A program made the position numbers and the translations under genes. From NCBI GenBank assembly GCA_038250235.1, contig JBBSCO010000010.1, positions 384-64,383 on the forward strand: a stretch of 64,000 nt of DNA. Reading direction: 5' to 3'. Each line of letters begins with the position of its first letter. Positions within the stretch are counted from its first letter, which is position 1. Positions 44,131-53,813 of the stretch are shown here, in pieces. The DNA comes from Candidatus Methylacidiphilales bacterium. GTDB lineage: Bacteria > Verrucomicrobiota > Verrucomicrobiia > Methylacidiphilales > JAAUTS01. Under the pieces are notes generated by a model that made no database searches, was not told the DNA's origin, and was given only the letters and a program-made list of their open reading frames with translations.

Positions 44131-44472
44131 ATCGGTAGTTTAGTCCGTTTGAAGGGGGGAAGGCAATGCCATGCCTGTCAAAACGGCCCGAGTCACAGAA
44201 TTGTTACAAAAGGGGGGCTTCCGGATGTGCCCAGGGTGCCAAGGCCCACCGGTGGTTCGGGCGCCAAGGTATAATGGGTTGGTCGACAGGAGTTCGGGCG
44301 GAGGGTTGCGTGGAAAACAGCCCGGCACCTTTGTTGCCCGCCAAAGGACGGAGCTGCCTTTGGCGCGACCCGTCGGCCCCTGGAATAGTTGATATCAACT
44401 CCATCTCCGCGCTGCGGCGGCGGGCTGTTTTGCACGCAACCAACCCTTCTTATCTTGGCCCTTGAACTACTT

Positions 44473-44746
44473 GTGTCCTGACAGCGAAATTCTTTTATTA
44501 AATCCGTGGGGAATTTTGTTCTCCGGCGAGGCAGGAGAGCAACCTTCTATCTGAACGATAGAAGGTAGACGAGTAACGAAGCCCGGAGATTAAAAGAACC
44601 ACGGCCCCATGGGATTGCACAGAAAAAGGCCCGGAACTTTGTTGCGTTTCAGGTCGGGTGTCCTTCAGACACGCTCCCCCGCACGGCGCCGCATTCCACG
44701 CCTTTTTCTGTGCAAATTTAATGAAGGAACTTCACTGTCAGGACAC
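44473..44746. mobile_element. 274-bp inverted-repeat-bounded element (MITE-like or a structured RNA)
   Basis: The termini are gtgtcctgacag (44473..44484) and ctgtcaggacac (44735..44746), and 18 of 20 terminal nt are complementary. There is an internal perfect 16-bp stem, ttgcacagaaaaaggc (44615..44630) with gcctttttctgtgcaa (44700..44715). Confidence 0.4.
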
Positions 44747-45171
44747 TAGCGACAACCGCAGCCGGAACCACAGGATTGATCTTTGCAGGCGAGATCGTCC
44801 TGATCGGGCACGCGGCCCAGCTCAAAGGCTTTGCTGATCATCTTGTTGATGCTGTCCTGGACTTCATTCATCTGGCCCTGGAGTTCAATAAAGTTCTGGG
44901 CAACGGGATTGTTCAGCAGAGCGAAACGCATTTTCTCAAACTCGTCGATCTCGGTATCGGTCAACTGAAGATTCTGGGTTTGTTTGTCGCGCAGTTCGCG
45001 ACCACGGTCGCTGACGTCGCGGTATTGTCCCTGGGAGGCTTCATCAGCGAGGAACCCTTCGATCTGGCGGCGGCTGTCGCGGAAGCGTTCGTCCTGGAGC
45101 AGGGCCTCGCAGAGTTCCCGGGTTTTTTGGAAGATAAGATCCTGAGTGTTTTCGGTGGAAACCATGTGCAT
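44746..45171 (-). CDS. YlbF/YmcA-like protein with a Cys-rich C-terminal tail
   Basis: It is helical, with F..A......D.EA...F...L..KQ...LT..E pattern conservation. The tail is ACKDQSCGSGCGCR. Confidence 0.5.
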   Translation of the reverse strand: MHMVSTENTQDLIFQKTRELCEALLQDERFRDSRRQIEGFLADEASQGQYRDVSDRGRELRDKQTQNLQLTDTEIDEFEKMRFALLNNPVAQNFIELQGQMNEVQDSINKMISKAFELGRVPDQDDLACKDQSCGSGCGCR

Positions 45172-45340
45172 GGGATCAACTAAGCATGGTTTTTGATTGG
45201 CGTAAAGAGCGCAGGCGTTTTGGTTTGGGCTTTACCTGATTTTTTTGTAGCAGCTTGCAGGCCAGGCGAAGGGTGGCTTTAAGTGGAAGACGAAGGCTAT
45301 CGCGATGCAAGATCGCTTTTTCAGGGGAAATTCCGGCGTT

Positions 45341-46999
45341 TCAGGCCAGTGATTCTACAGAGCTTTTTTCCTTGGGAAGGAGTTCAAGGAGACGCTCGAA
45401 GCTGAAGGGTTTTTCCAGGCATGGGCAGGGGGTTTCGCGGACTTTGGTAATGAGGTCGTTGGAAATGAGGTCCCCGGTCATGAAGATAAAGCGTTGGCGG
45501 TAGATACGATCCACTTCGAGCATGCCGCGGTAGAATTCCAGGCCGTTCATGCGGGGCATCCGGATGTCGGAAATGATAAAATCGAAGGATTCCTTGTGGG
45601 CGATGGCGAGGCCTTCCTGTCCGTCCTGGGCGGTGACCACGTCGTAATGGTAGGTTTTCAAAAAGCGGCTGAGGGCGCTGCGGATCAATTCCTCATCATC
45701 GACGAGCAGGATGCGGAGGCGGTTGGTGGGTGCGATTTCGGGCGGGGATGTACTGCCGACGCTGTTTTTGGCGGGTAAAGGTTTGGTCTCTGCGATTTCT
45801 TCGTTGGCCCGGGGGAGGGTGACGGTGAAGGAGGCTCCGGCATGGAGGCCGCTGCTACAGATAATTTTGCCTCCATGGGCCTGGATGATGCCTTGGGCGA
45901 TGGACAGGCCCAGGCCGGTGCCTTTCCCGACTTCTTTGGTGGTGAAAAACGGGTCGTAAATGGATTCGCGCACCTCGATCGGCATGCCGATGCCGTTGTC
46001 GATGATGTGGATGGTGACGCTGTCCTGATCTTCTTCGACTTCCACGGTGATGTTGCCGTCGGAACGGCCTTCCATTTCGATGGCGTGTTCGGCGTTGTTG
46101 ATGAGGTTAAGGATGACCTGTTCAATCTGGAGGGAGTTGACCTTGACCAGCGGGGACAGGTCGGGGGTGCCGACGGTTAGGCGGATGTTTTTGAGTTTGA
46201 GCTGGTGGCGGATGAGCCCGCAGGTGTCGCGAATAATGTCGTTGATGGCGCAAACCTGCATGTTGCCACTCTGGCGGCGGGAGAAGGCGAGAAGATTTTT
46301 GACCAGATCCGCTGCGCGTTGGGCTTCGTGGGCAATGGCCTCGAGGGTTTCTTTGTGTTCGGGGTTTTCGATGTCGTAGGCCAGAACGGAAGCCCCGCCG
46401 AGGATGGCGGTAAGGGGGTTGTTGATTTCGTGGGCAATGCCGGCGATGAGTTTGCCGAGGGTGGCGAGTTTTTCCGCCTGCAGGAGTTCTGCCTGCATGC
46501 GTTGCTCGAGGTCCCATTTCAAACGCAGATCGATGGCGGAGGCGGCGAGCTGGGCGAAGAGGTTGATCTGGTTCAGGCTGGTTTCGTTGTATTCGTTGGG
46601 TTTGAGTCCGTCGAGGTTGATGATGCCCCAGATTTCTTTCTGTAGATAGACTGGGACGGTCATTTCGCTGCGGACATAGCTGAACCAGGTGATGTAATTA
46701 GGATCCTGGGCGGTGTCGTGGCAAAGGTAGGGTTTGCCGGTGGCGGCGACGCGGCCCGTGATGCCCTGGCCGAGCCTGAGGCGGCGGTTGCGGATGTCGT
46801 CGGTCCAGTCCGGACCGTAAACGGACGTGATGCGGAGGGATTTGTCGGCGTGGTCAATGGTGATGAAGGAGCCGTGGACCGAGTCAGTAATGGTGCAGGC
46901 CCAGCGGAGAATGAGTTGCATGACCTCTTCCAACGGCTGTTTGGCTTGGATAGCCTCCAGAATTTCGCGGATGGCCTGGATCACCGGTTCCTGATTCAT
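45341..46999 (-). CDS. Hybrid sensor histidine kinase (GAF, HisKA, HATPase, receiver)
   Basis: H-box IAGIAHEINNPL, N/G boxes (NLINNAEHA, DNGIGM, GTGLGLSI), and a C-terminal receiver ILLVDDEE...ISDIRMPRMNG. Confidence 0.85.
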   Translation of the reverse strand: MNQEPVIQAIREILEAIQAKQPLEEVMQLILRWACTITDSVHGSFITIDHADKSLRITSVYGPDWTDDIRNRRLRLGQGITGRVAATGKPYLCHDTAQDPNYITWFSYVRSEMTVPVYLQKEIWGIINLDGLKPNEYNETSLNQINLFAQLAASAIDLRLKWDLEQRMQAELLQAEKLATLGKLIAGIAHEINNPLTAILGGASVLAYDIENPEHKETLEAIAHEAQRAADLVKNLLAFSRRQSGNMQVCAINDIIRDTCGLIRHQLKLKNIRLTVGTPDLSPLVKVNSLQIEQVILNLINNAEHAIEMEGRSDGNITVEVEEDQDSVTIHIIDNGIGMPIEVRESIYDPFFTTKEVGKGTGLGLSIAQGIIQAHGGKIICSSGLHAGASFTVTLPRANEEIAETKPLPAKNSVGSTSPPEIAPTNRLRILLVDDEELIRSALSRFLKTYHYDVVTAQDGQEGLAIAHKESFDFIISDIRMPRMNGLEFYRGMLEVDRIYRQRFIFMTGDLISNDLITKVRETPCPCLEKPFSFERLLELLPKEKSSVESLA

Positions 47000-47101
47000 A
47001 AACCTCAAAGTTAGAAGCATAATGTATGCCCGATTGCCAACATGGCAAGGCAACATCAAAAACGATGGAATAAAAACACGGGTTCAGTAGTCTTAAGGAT
47101 A

Positions 47102-47662
47102 ATGGATTTGTCTTTTGAACAAATTGTAGAGCACTACTACCAGCCGCTGTATCGTTTTGGCTATAGCCTGAGCCAACGGGAGGCTGAGGCGGCGGATCTG
47201 ACGCAACAGACTTTTTACCGATGGGCGACCAAAGGGCATCAACTTCTCGACAGGAGCAAAGTCAAAACATGGCTTTTTACCACGCTGCACCGGGAATTTC
47301 TGGGTTCGCGTCGGCGGATTGTAAAGTTTCCGCAGGTGGAAGTGGGTGAAGTGGAGCATGAACTGCCGGTGATCAGTTCCGACATTGCCGAAAAAATGGA
47401 CGGGGCGCTGGTGATGCAGGCGCTGCAGCGCGTGGACGATCTTTACCGGGCTCCTCTGACCCTTTTTTATCTGGAACAACATTCGTATCAGGAAATCGCC
47501 GGCATTCTGGATATTCCCATTGGCACGGTCATGTCGCGCCTGTCCCGTGGGAAACAGGAATTGAAGAAAAAACTTCTGGAAGGAACACAGCAAAGGCCGG
47601 GAAAGATTGTGCCTTTGGCGTTGGAGCAGGCCCGTCAGATCCGGGGAGGTTCACGTGAATAA
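47102..47662 (+). CDS. ECF (group IV) sigma-70 factor
   Basis: Region 2 reads YYQPLYRFGYSL...DLTQQTF. Region 4 reads YQEIAGILDIPIGTVMSRLSRGKQEL. Confidence 0.9.
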   Translation: MDLSFEQIVEHYYQPLYRFGYSLSQREAEAADLTQQTFYRWATKGHQLLDRSKVKTWLFTTLHREFLGSRRRIVKFPQVEVGEVEHELPVISSDIAEKMDGALVMQALQRVDDLYRAPLTLFYLEQHSYQEIAGILDIPIGTVMSRLSRGKQELKKKLLEGTQQRPGKIVPLALEQARQIRGGSRE

Positions 47663-48401
47663 CTCCGAAGCCAAATTGATATTAAGTGCCTACCGTCCGG
47701 ACGGCCAGGAGGCCCTGGATCCTCGGATGAAGGAAGCCCTGGAACAAGCCAAACGTGATCCGGAGCTGGGCAATTGGCTGGAAGAACAGCAAATGTTCGA
47801 CCGGGTGGTCTGCGACAAATTGAAGTGCTGCTGTGTACCTGCGGACCTCAAGGCGACCATTCTGGCCGGCTGTGAAACCTTGGAAGGTGCCTGCTGGTGG
47901 AGGCATCCGAAGGTATGGGCACTGGCTGCCACGTTGTTTTTTCTGTTGGGTCTGGGTCTTTGGTGGGCGGATATAGCAGGCAAGCCGACCCTGGCGGATT
48001 ACCGGGATGAAGTGGCCCTTGCGGCCGTGGTTATGATTGATCGTGGGTTCAAGCTGGACTATCAATCTGCTGAAAACTACAAGGTGATGGAATGGGTTGA
48101 GGCACGCCAACTGGCCAGCCGCGTCGGATTCACCCCTGGCATGGATCAGTCCAGGCCCTTCGGTTGCAAGGCGATCGAGTGGAGGGGGCACCGCGTGGCC
48201 ATGGTTTGTTTCAAAGGGCCTGACAATCAGGTGGCGCATCTTTTTATCCTCAGGCGTGATCTCCTGGCCAAGGCACCGGAGCGGCAGTCCAAGGAAATCA
48301 CCACCATGGAAGGTTTGTCGGTGGTGTCCTGGTTTGACCAGGCCAACGCCTATGTTCTGGTCGGGGATAATCCCCGTGTGCGGATCGAAGATTTTTTGTA
48401 A
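47655..48401 (+). CDS. Putative anti-sigma factor (single TM)
   Basis: The GTG start overlaps the sigma-gene stop region. There is one TM segment (VWALAATLFFLLGLGLWW) between the N- and C-terminal domains. Confidence 0.5.
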   Translation: MNNSEAKLILSAYRPDGQEALDPRMKEALEQAKRDPELGNWLEEQQMFDRVVCDKLKCCCVPADLKATILAGCETLEGACWWRHPKVWALAATLFFLLGLGLWWADIAGKPTLADYRDEVALAAVVMIDRGFKLDYQSAENYKVMEWVEARQLASRVGFTPGMDQSRPFGCKAIEWRGHRVAMVCFKGPDNQVAHLFILRRDLLAKAPERQSKEITTMEGLSVVSWFDQANAYVLVGDNPRVRIEDFL

Positions 48402-48540
48402 GGCCATCCCCGGCGGTTCATCCACCCCCGACAAGGCTATGGCGGACAGGCCCGAAACTCCTTAAAAAGACAAGGAGGACTCCCCCCTTTTTTTGTGGAA
48501 ACGGGTTTATTTTGGAATTGGCCTTTACCACTATCCTCCC

Positions 48541-49233
48541 ATGCTGGTGGAAATGGACTTTTTTTTAATCGCTCTCGGATTGGTGGGGCTCGTTGTCGTT
48601 CTCATCGTGGTGGGAAGCAAGATGGCAAAGAAACGGCGCGCGGCCCTGGCCGCGGCTGCAGGTCGTCTTGGATTCAGCTACGATCCGGAAAAGAACCGGG
48701 CACTCGGGCAGGAATATAATTTCCTCAACGCCTTGAGACAGGGCGACGACCGTTATGCTTTCGATATCATGCGGGGAAGCCATCAGGGGCAGGAGGCCCT
48801 TGTCTTCGGCTATCACTATGAAACTCAGTCGACCGACTCCAAAGGCAACAGGACGACAACCAGCCATTATCTCAACGTATTTACGTTGGCTTTTCCCAAG
48901 GCCTTTCCTGAAATGACCATTGCTCGTGAAGGTTTTTTTTCGAAAGTCGCGCAGGCTTTCGGTTATGATGACATTGATTTCGAATCCCACGAGTTTTCCC
49001 GGATTTTCTGCGTGCGTTCCAAGGACAAGAAGTTTGCCTATGCCATCTGCCATCCACTGGCCATGGAATTTCTTTTGGCCAACCAGGACCTGAACATCGA
49101 GATAGAGGGTGACAAGCTGGGATTCATTTTTTCGGGAAGACTCAAACCTGAAGACATCGAAAGAAACCTGTCGCGCCTGCTGGAGTTCAGGCAGTTAGTT
49201 CCTGAGTATCTGCTAGTGAGAGAAAATCCATGA
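48541..49233 (+). CDS. Membrane-anchored protein, possibly DUF3137-type (LemA-associated)
   Basis: N-terminal TM segment FFLIALGLVGLVVVLIVVG. ATGA-coupled to lemA. Confidence 0.4.
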   Translation: MLVEMDFFLIALGLVGLVVVLIVVGSKMAKKRRAALAAAAGRLGFSYDPEKNRALGQEYNFLNALRQGDDRYAFDIMRGSHQGQEALVFGYHYETQSTDSKGNRTTTSHYLNVFTLAFPKAFPEMTIAREGFFSKVAQAFGYDDIDFESHEFSRIFCVRSKDKKFAYAICHPLAMEFLLANQDLNIEIEGDKLGFIFSGRLKPEDIERNLSRLLEFRQLVPEYLLVRENP

Positions 49234-49787
49234 TCATCATTCTTCTTTTTCTACTGATCCTTGTTATTGTTCCTGTGGTCTATGTCATCGTCCACTACAA
49301 CGTTCTGGTTTCCCTGCGCAACCACATCCGGGAATCCTGGAGTGATGTGGATACTGAATTAAAACGGCGTTACGAACTGATTCCCAACCTCGTGGCCACG
49401 GTCAAAGGGTATGCCGCACACGAGCAGGGGGTGCTGGAAAAAGTGACAGAACTGCGCAATCGATGCCTTTCCAACCATGGCCCGGTGGCATCCCAATCGG
49501 GTGATGAACAGCAGTTGGTGGAAAATCTCCGGCGACTGATGGTCGTAGTGGAAAATTATCCGGAGTTGAAAGCCGACAAAAACTTTCTTCAGTTGCAGGA
49601 AGAGCTGGTAAGGACGGAAGACCGTATCCAGGCCTCGCGGCGCTTTTACAACGGGAATGTCAGGGATTACAAGAACAAGAGTGAGACCTTTCCGGGGAAT
49701 CTGGTGGCCGATGCTTTCAGTTTTCCGGCGGAAGATTTCTTCACGGTGGAGTCGAGCGTGAGGGAATTGCCGCAGAGCCGGTTTTAG
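49230..49787 (+). CDS. lemA: LemA family protein
   Basis: N-terminal TM segment, then YNVLVSLRNHIRESWSDVDTELKRRYELIPNLV and RRFYNGNVRDYKN. Confidence 0.85.
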   Translation: MIIILLFLLILVIVPVVYVIVHYNVLVSLRNHIRESWSDVDTELKRRYELIPNLVATVKGYAAHEQGVLEKVTELRNRCLSNHGPVASQSGDEQQLVENLRRLMVVVENYPELKADKNFLQLQEELVRTEDRIQASRRFYNGNVRDYKNKSETFPGNLVADAFSFPAEDFFTVESSVRELPQSRF

Positions 49788-49863
49788 AATCTGTCAGGAC
49801 GTTAGCTTGAGATTCCTGCTGTTTTGGGCGCGTTGCTTCGCGGCGGACTCGGTCGGACATGAA

Positions 49864-50910
49864 TCATGTGTTTCGTGCGATATCCACTTCGGCATCGATC
49901 GGGGTTCCGCTTTCCAGATGGCAGGCAAAGTGATCCGAAAGCCAAGGAGCACTCAGGCCGCCTTTGGAGCCCAGGCCGTTTACAATCCCCAGAGAAGGAT
50001 GGCGCGGATGCAGCCCGATGGCGGGAATGGTTCCCTGAAAGCTGGGCCTGACACCGGCCCTGTGCGAGAGGATTTCGATCGGAAGGGATGTCAGCTTCTG
50101 CAAGGCCTGTAAAAGGTGGTCTCGCCCCGCAGGCGTGGGATGATGGTCCAGAGGATTCCAACTGTAGGTTGCGCCCACCCGATAAAGATCATCCCCCAAA
50201 GGAATGAGGAAAACCCCTTTTTTGACGATGTCATCCAGGTTAAGATCCGGGATGCGGACACAGAGGGTTTCTCCCTTGGAGGCTTTCCAGGGAAGCCAGT
50301 CAAACCAGGGCCAGTGGCTGTAGCCGGTGCAAAAGAGGGCCTTTGAGAAACTCTTCCCTTTCCATTCGACCTTGTTGGGGCTGACCAGTAGATCCTCTGC
50401 CCGGAGATGTTCCGTAAGGCAGCGGATACACGGCCCCGGATTTTTTTCATGAAAGGTCAACCAGGGTTTTAGGTCGACCCATCCTCCCCCCCGGATTTCC
50501 ACGCAGCCGAAAGTATTCCAGATGGAATCGGGGTCTGAACCCGTTTCCGCCGGGGGAAGTAGGGAGGCGTAGGTGCGTATGGCGGGATCGGAGGCTCGTT
50601 TATCCCAGCGTTGACGTTCCTCCGCCGATTTCAGAAAGTGTAGAATACGTTGTTCGTGAAAAAGTTTCAGCCCGGACTCTTCTTCCAACTCGCGATAGAG
50701 ATTGTGGGCAAAGGGAAGAAGCGTTTCGATCCGCCAACTGGCGGAGAAGCGCAGGCCGGTGATCGGGCTGAGCATCCAGGCGGCGACATCGGAGGAGCCG
50801 GGCTGCTCCGGTGAACGGAGAAGGAGCACGGTTTTCCCCCGCCGGGCCAAGGCGCGGGAGAGGAGGGAGCCTGTGATTCCTGCCCCGATGATAAGATAGT
50901 CTGCGCTCAT
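49864..50910 (-). CDS. FAD-dependent oxidoreductase (DAO-like)
   Basis: N-terminal dinucleotide-binding motif DYLIIGAGITGSLLSRALARRG. Confidence 0.75.
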   Translation of the reverse strand: MSADYLIIGAGITGSLLSRALARRGKTVLLLRSPEQPGSSDVAAWMLSPITGLRFSASWRIETLLPFAHNLYRELEEESGLKLFHEQRILHFLKSAEERQRWDKRASDPAIRTYASLLPPAETGSDPDSIWNTFGCVEIRGGGWVDLKPWLTFHEKNPGPCIRCLTEHLRAEDLLVSPNKVEWKGKSFSKALFCTGYSHWPWFDWLPWKASKGETLCVRIPDLNLDDIVKKGVFLIPLGDDLYRVGATYSWNPLDHHPTPAGRDHLLQALQKLTSLPIEILSHRAGVRPSFQGTIPAIGLHPRHPSLGIVNGLGSKGGLSAPWLSDHFACHLESGTPIDAEVDIARNT

Positions 50911-51015
50911 GGCCTGATGAAACCGTTACAACATTACCCGATTGTAATCCCATGGAAAGGTTGTTGTCAGTGCCTTGGTTTAAGGTTGGATAAATCTTCA
51001 CGAAGGAAATCCATT

Positions 51016-52062
51016 ATGAGTTATGAAACCACTGCTCCGACCCCTCCTCCCATGCCCGGCTCCAGCCGTCCGGCCAACGCCACCATCCAGACCATCACTG
51101 AGGCTGTGCGTGAAGTCTCCGGCTGGGTTCAACCTTTGCGGCAGGAGATGGGCCGCTTTGTCGTAGGGCAACACGATCTGGTGGACCGCCTGCTGGTTGG
51201 TTTGTTGACGAACGGACATGTTTTACTGGAAGGCGTTCCGGGCCTGGCGAAAACCTTGGCATTGAAAACCCTGGCCAACGCGATCGAGCTCGACTTTCGC
51301 CGCATCCAATTCACTCCCGACATGCTCCCGGCCGACATTGTCGGAACGGAAATCTACAACCAGAGGGAGGGGAACTTCATTATCAAACACGGGCCGATTT
51401 TTGCCAACTTCGTGCTGGCCGATGAAATCAACCGTGCGCCGGCCAAGGTGCAGAGTGCTTTGCTTGAGGCGATGCAGGAGAAGCAGGTCACCATCGGGGA
51501 GAAAACCTACATTCTGCCGGATCCTTTCCTGGTCATGGCCACCCAGAACCCGATCGAACAGGAGGGCACCTATCCCCTGCCTGAAGCGCAGGTTGACCGC
51601 TTCATGTTGAAGGTCGTGATCACCCATCCGAGCCGGGAGGAGGAGCGTGTGATCCTGGATCTTATGGGATCGACGGAGGCGCGGCCGCCGGTGACGGCGG
51701 TAATGACGGCGGAGCATGTGCGTCAGGCCAGGCATGTGGTGAACAGCATTTACATGGATGACAAGGTGAAGGAATACATCTGCGACCTGGTTTATGCCAC
51801 CCGTGATCCGAAGCGTTATGGACTGGATCTCAAAGACTATATTCTGAACGGGGCCTCCCCGCGCGCCACCATCAGCCTGACACTGGCCTCAAGGGCCTAC
51901 GCCTTTTTGGAAGGCCGGGGTTATGTCACACCGCAGGACGTCAAATCCATGGCGATGGATGTGTTGCGGCACCGTGTGAGCGTGACTTACGAAGCGGAGG
52001 CGGAAGGGCTGAAAAACGAAAGTATCGTCCAGAAAGTTTTGGACACAATACCGGTGCCTTGA
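51016..52062 (+). CDS. moxR: MoxR-family AAA+ ATPase
   Basis: Walker A GVPGLAKT, Walker B LADEINRA, and QNPIEQEGTYPLPEAQ.DRF. Confidence 0.9.
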   Translation: MSYETTAPTPPPMPGSSRPANATIQTITEAVREVSGWVQPLRQEMGRFVVGQHDLVDRLLVGLLTNGHVLLEGVPGLAKTLALKTLANAIELDFRRIQFTPDMLPADIVGTEIYNQREGNFIIKHGPIFANFVLADEINRAPAKVQSALLEAMQEKQVTIGEKTYILPDPFLVMATQNPIEQEGTYPLPEAQVDRFMLKVVITHPSREEERVILDLMGSTEARPPVTAVMTAEHVRQARHVVNSIYMDDKVKEYICDLVYATRDPKRYGLDLKDYILNGASPRATISLTLASRAYAFLEGRGYVTPQDVKSMAMDVLRHRVSVTYEAEAEGLKNESIVQKVLDTIPVP

Positions 52063-52073
52063 GAACGTTTAAG

Positions 52074-52101
52074 GTTTTAATTTTTATGTTTCAAGTTGGG
52101 G
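52074..52101. repeat. Heptamer tandem repeats between moxR and DUF58
   Basis: The sequence reads gttttaa tttttat gtttcaa gttgggg. Confidence 0.6.
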
Positions 52102-52119
52102 AAACGAAGCGACTGACCC

Positions 52120-53031
52120 ATGGATAAGGAACGGACACGGGAAATTTTACGGAAAGTGCGGCAGGTGGAAATCCGCACCAACCGTCTGGCGGATGACACG
52201 CTGGCCGGCCATTACCATTCCGTGTTCAAGGGGCGTGGCATGAATTTCGAAGAGGTGCGCGAATATGTGCCGGGGGACGAGGTGCGCACGATTGACTGGA
52301 ACGTCACGGCCCGGACAGGAAAAGCCTTTGTCAAAAAATTTACGGAAGAGCGTGAATTGACCCTGATCCTCATGATTGATCTCAGTGCTTCCGGCCATTA
52401 CGGCTCCGTGGCGCAAAGCAAACGGGAACTGGCAGCGGAACTGGCCAGCGTATTGGCGTTTTCGGCCGTGCGCAACAACGACAAAGTCGGCCTGATCCTG
52501 TTCACCGACGGGGTGGAACTTTACATCCCCCCGGCCAAGGGCCGCAGCCATATCCTGCGGGTGATCCGGGAAATTCTTTTTTTTGAACCGCGCGGCATGG
52601 GGACGGATCTGCCTGCGGCCATTGAGTTTGTCGGGCGTGTCCAGCGCAGGAAGGCCGTGGTTTTCATGATTTCGGACTACTGTCTGACCGGAGCTCTTAA
52701 CCAGGTGTTGCCGCCATTCAAATCCCAATTACAGGTGGCCAACCGCAGGCATGATTTTGTGGCCATGGCCATCAATGACCCGAGGGAGCGGGAGCTTCCG
52801 GCAGTGGGACTTTTGACACTGGAGGACGCCGAGACGGGTGAGCAGGTGGAGATTGATACGGGAAGCGCCGCCGTGCGGGAAGATTACAAAAGACTGGCGC
52901 AAACCAGGCGTCAGGACATGCGGCGGACCATCCAGTCCTGCGGGGTGGATTATCTGGAACTGGCGCCGGACCGGCCCTATCTGCCCACCTTGTTGTCCTT
53001 CTTCAAAAACCGGGAAAGGCGCCGCTCATGA
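52120..53031 (+). CDS. DUF58 (vWA-like) protein
   Basis: TIDWNVTARTGKAFVKKFTEERE and MIDLSASG are present. It occupies the standard position after moxR. Confidence 0.85.
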   Translation: MDKERTREILRKVRQVEIRTNRLADDTLAGHYHSVFKGRGMNFEEVREYVPGDEVRTIDWNVTARTGKAFVKKFTEERELTLILMIDLSASGHYGSVAQSKRELAAELASVLAFSAVRNNDKVGLILFTDGVELYIPPAKGRSHILRVIREILFFEPRGMGTDLPAAIEFVGRVQRRKAVVFMISDYCLTGALNQVLPPFKSQLQVANRRHDFVAMAINDPRERELPAVGLLTLEDAETGEQVEIDTGSAAVREDYKRLAQTRRQDMRRTIQSCGVDYLELAPDRPYLPTLLSFFKNRERRRS

Positions 53032-53813
53032 AAGGATCTTTTTGGGATGAACGTGTACATGAAATGATGAACCTTTATCGGAAACTGGGTCCGCGGGGAA
53101 CGCCAGGATATGTTTCCGCCTCTTCGACACGGAATCGCAGTCTCAAGACACTGGCCGATTTTTCAAGGCATGCCGGTGGGATGCTGATGGCACTCCTTGT
53201 GGCGACACTTTTACTGGCGATGTTGGTTCAGCCCGCCCATGCCCAGAATGTCCAGGGACAGGGGGGCGGGGAGGACATACGGGATATCCAGGGGATCATA
53301 TCCCTGGCCGGGCTGGAATGGTGGATCTACGTCGGCGCTCTTGTGGCCCTGGCCGGATTGGCTTTTCAGATCTGGTTGCTGAAACGCAGGAGACCTGCGG
53401 CGGTTGAGCCGGAGTCCCCGGAAACCATCGCCTTCCGTGAGCTGGATGGGGCACGGGAGTTGTTGCACGAGGGCATGGCCCGTGAATTTTCGCTGGATGT
53501 TTCCGAGGTTCTTCGCCGCTACATCGAGGAGCGTTTCCATGTCCCTGTTGTCCAGAGGACCACGGAAGAATTTCTGCAGGATATGCGCCGTTCCCGCCTG
53601 CCCGGGGTGCTTTCGCATCTGGACGAACTGGACATTTTCCTTCGCCTTTGTGATCAGGCCAAATTTGGAGGGGAAGCCCTGACCCTTTCCGAAATGGAAA
53701 CCATGTGGACCAGTGCCCGGGCTTTTGTGGAGCAGAGCGGCCTGGCTTTGGCTCTGGGACGGGATGTGGCGAAGGAAACCAGCAAGGCTCCGGTTGAGCC
53801 CCAATCCGTATGA
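53028..53813 (+). CDS. DUF4381-like membrane protein of the Bat operon
   Basis: IRDIQGIISLAGLEWWIYVG... followed by a TM segment and a helical tail. The start is uncertain: either ATGA-coupled at 53028, or ATG 53181, which gives a signal peptide. Confidence 0.55.
   Translation: MKGSFWDERVHEMMNLYRKLGPRGTPGYVSASSTRNRSLKTLADFSRHAGGMLMALLVATLLLAMLVQPAHAQNVQGQGGGEDIRDIQGIISLAGLEWWIYVGALVALAGLAFQIWLLKRRRPAAVEPESPETIAFRELDGARELLHEGMAREFSLDVSEVLRRYIEERFHVPVVQRTTEEFLQDMRRSRLPGVLSHLDELDIFLRLCDQAKFGGEALTLSEMETMWTSARAFVEQSGLALALGRDVAKETSKAPVEPQSV

Noticed and set aside
44140-44470. RNase P RNA, tmRNA or SRP RNA in the GC-rich non-coding stretch
   Set aside because: Fragments such as agggtgccaagg and ggttggtcgacagg superficially recall RNase P and tmRNA. 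The diagnostic elements were not found on either strand: GAGGAAAGUCCGG plus ACAGAA-CCGGCUUA for RNase P, a tRNA-like 3' end and an ...AA-stop tag ORF for tmRNA, and the GGAA-containing SRP domain IV.
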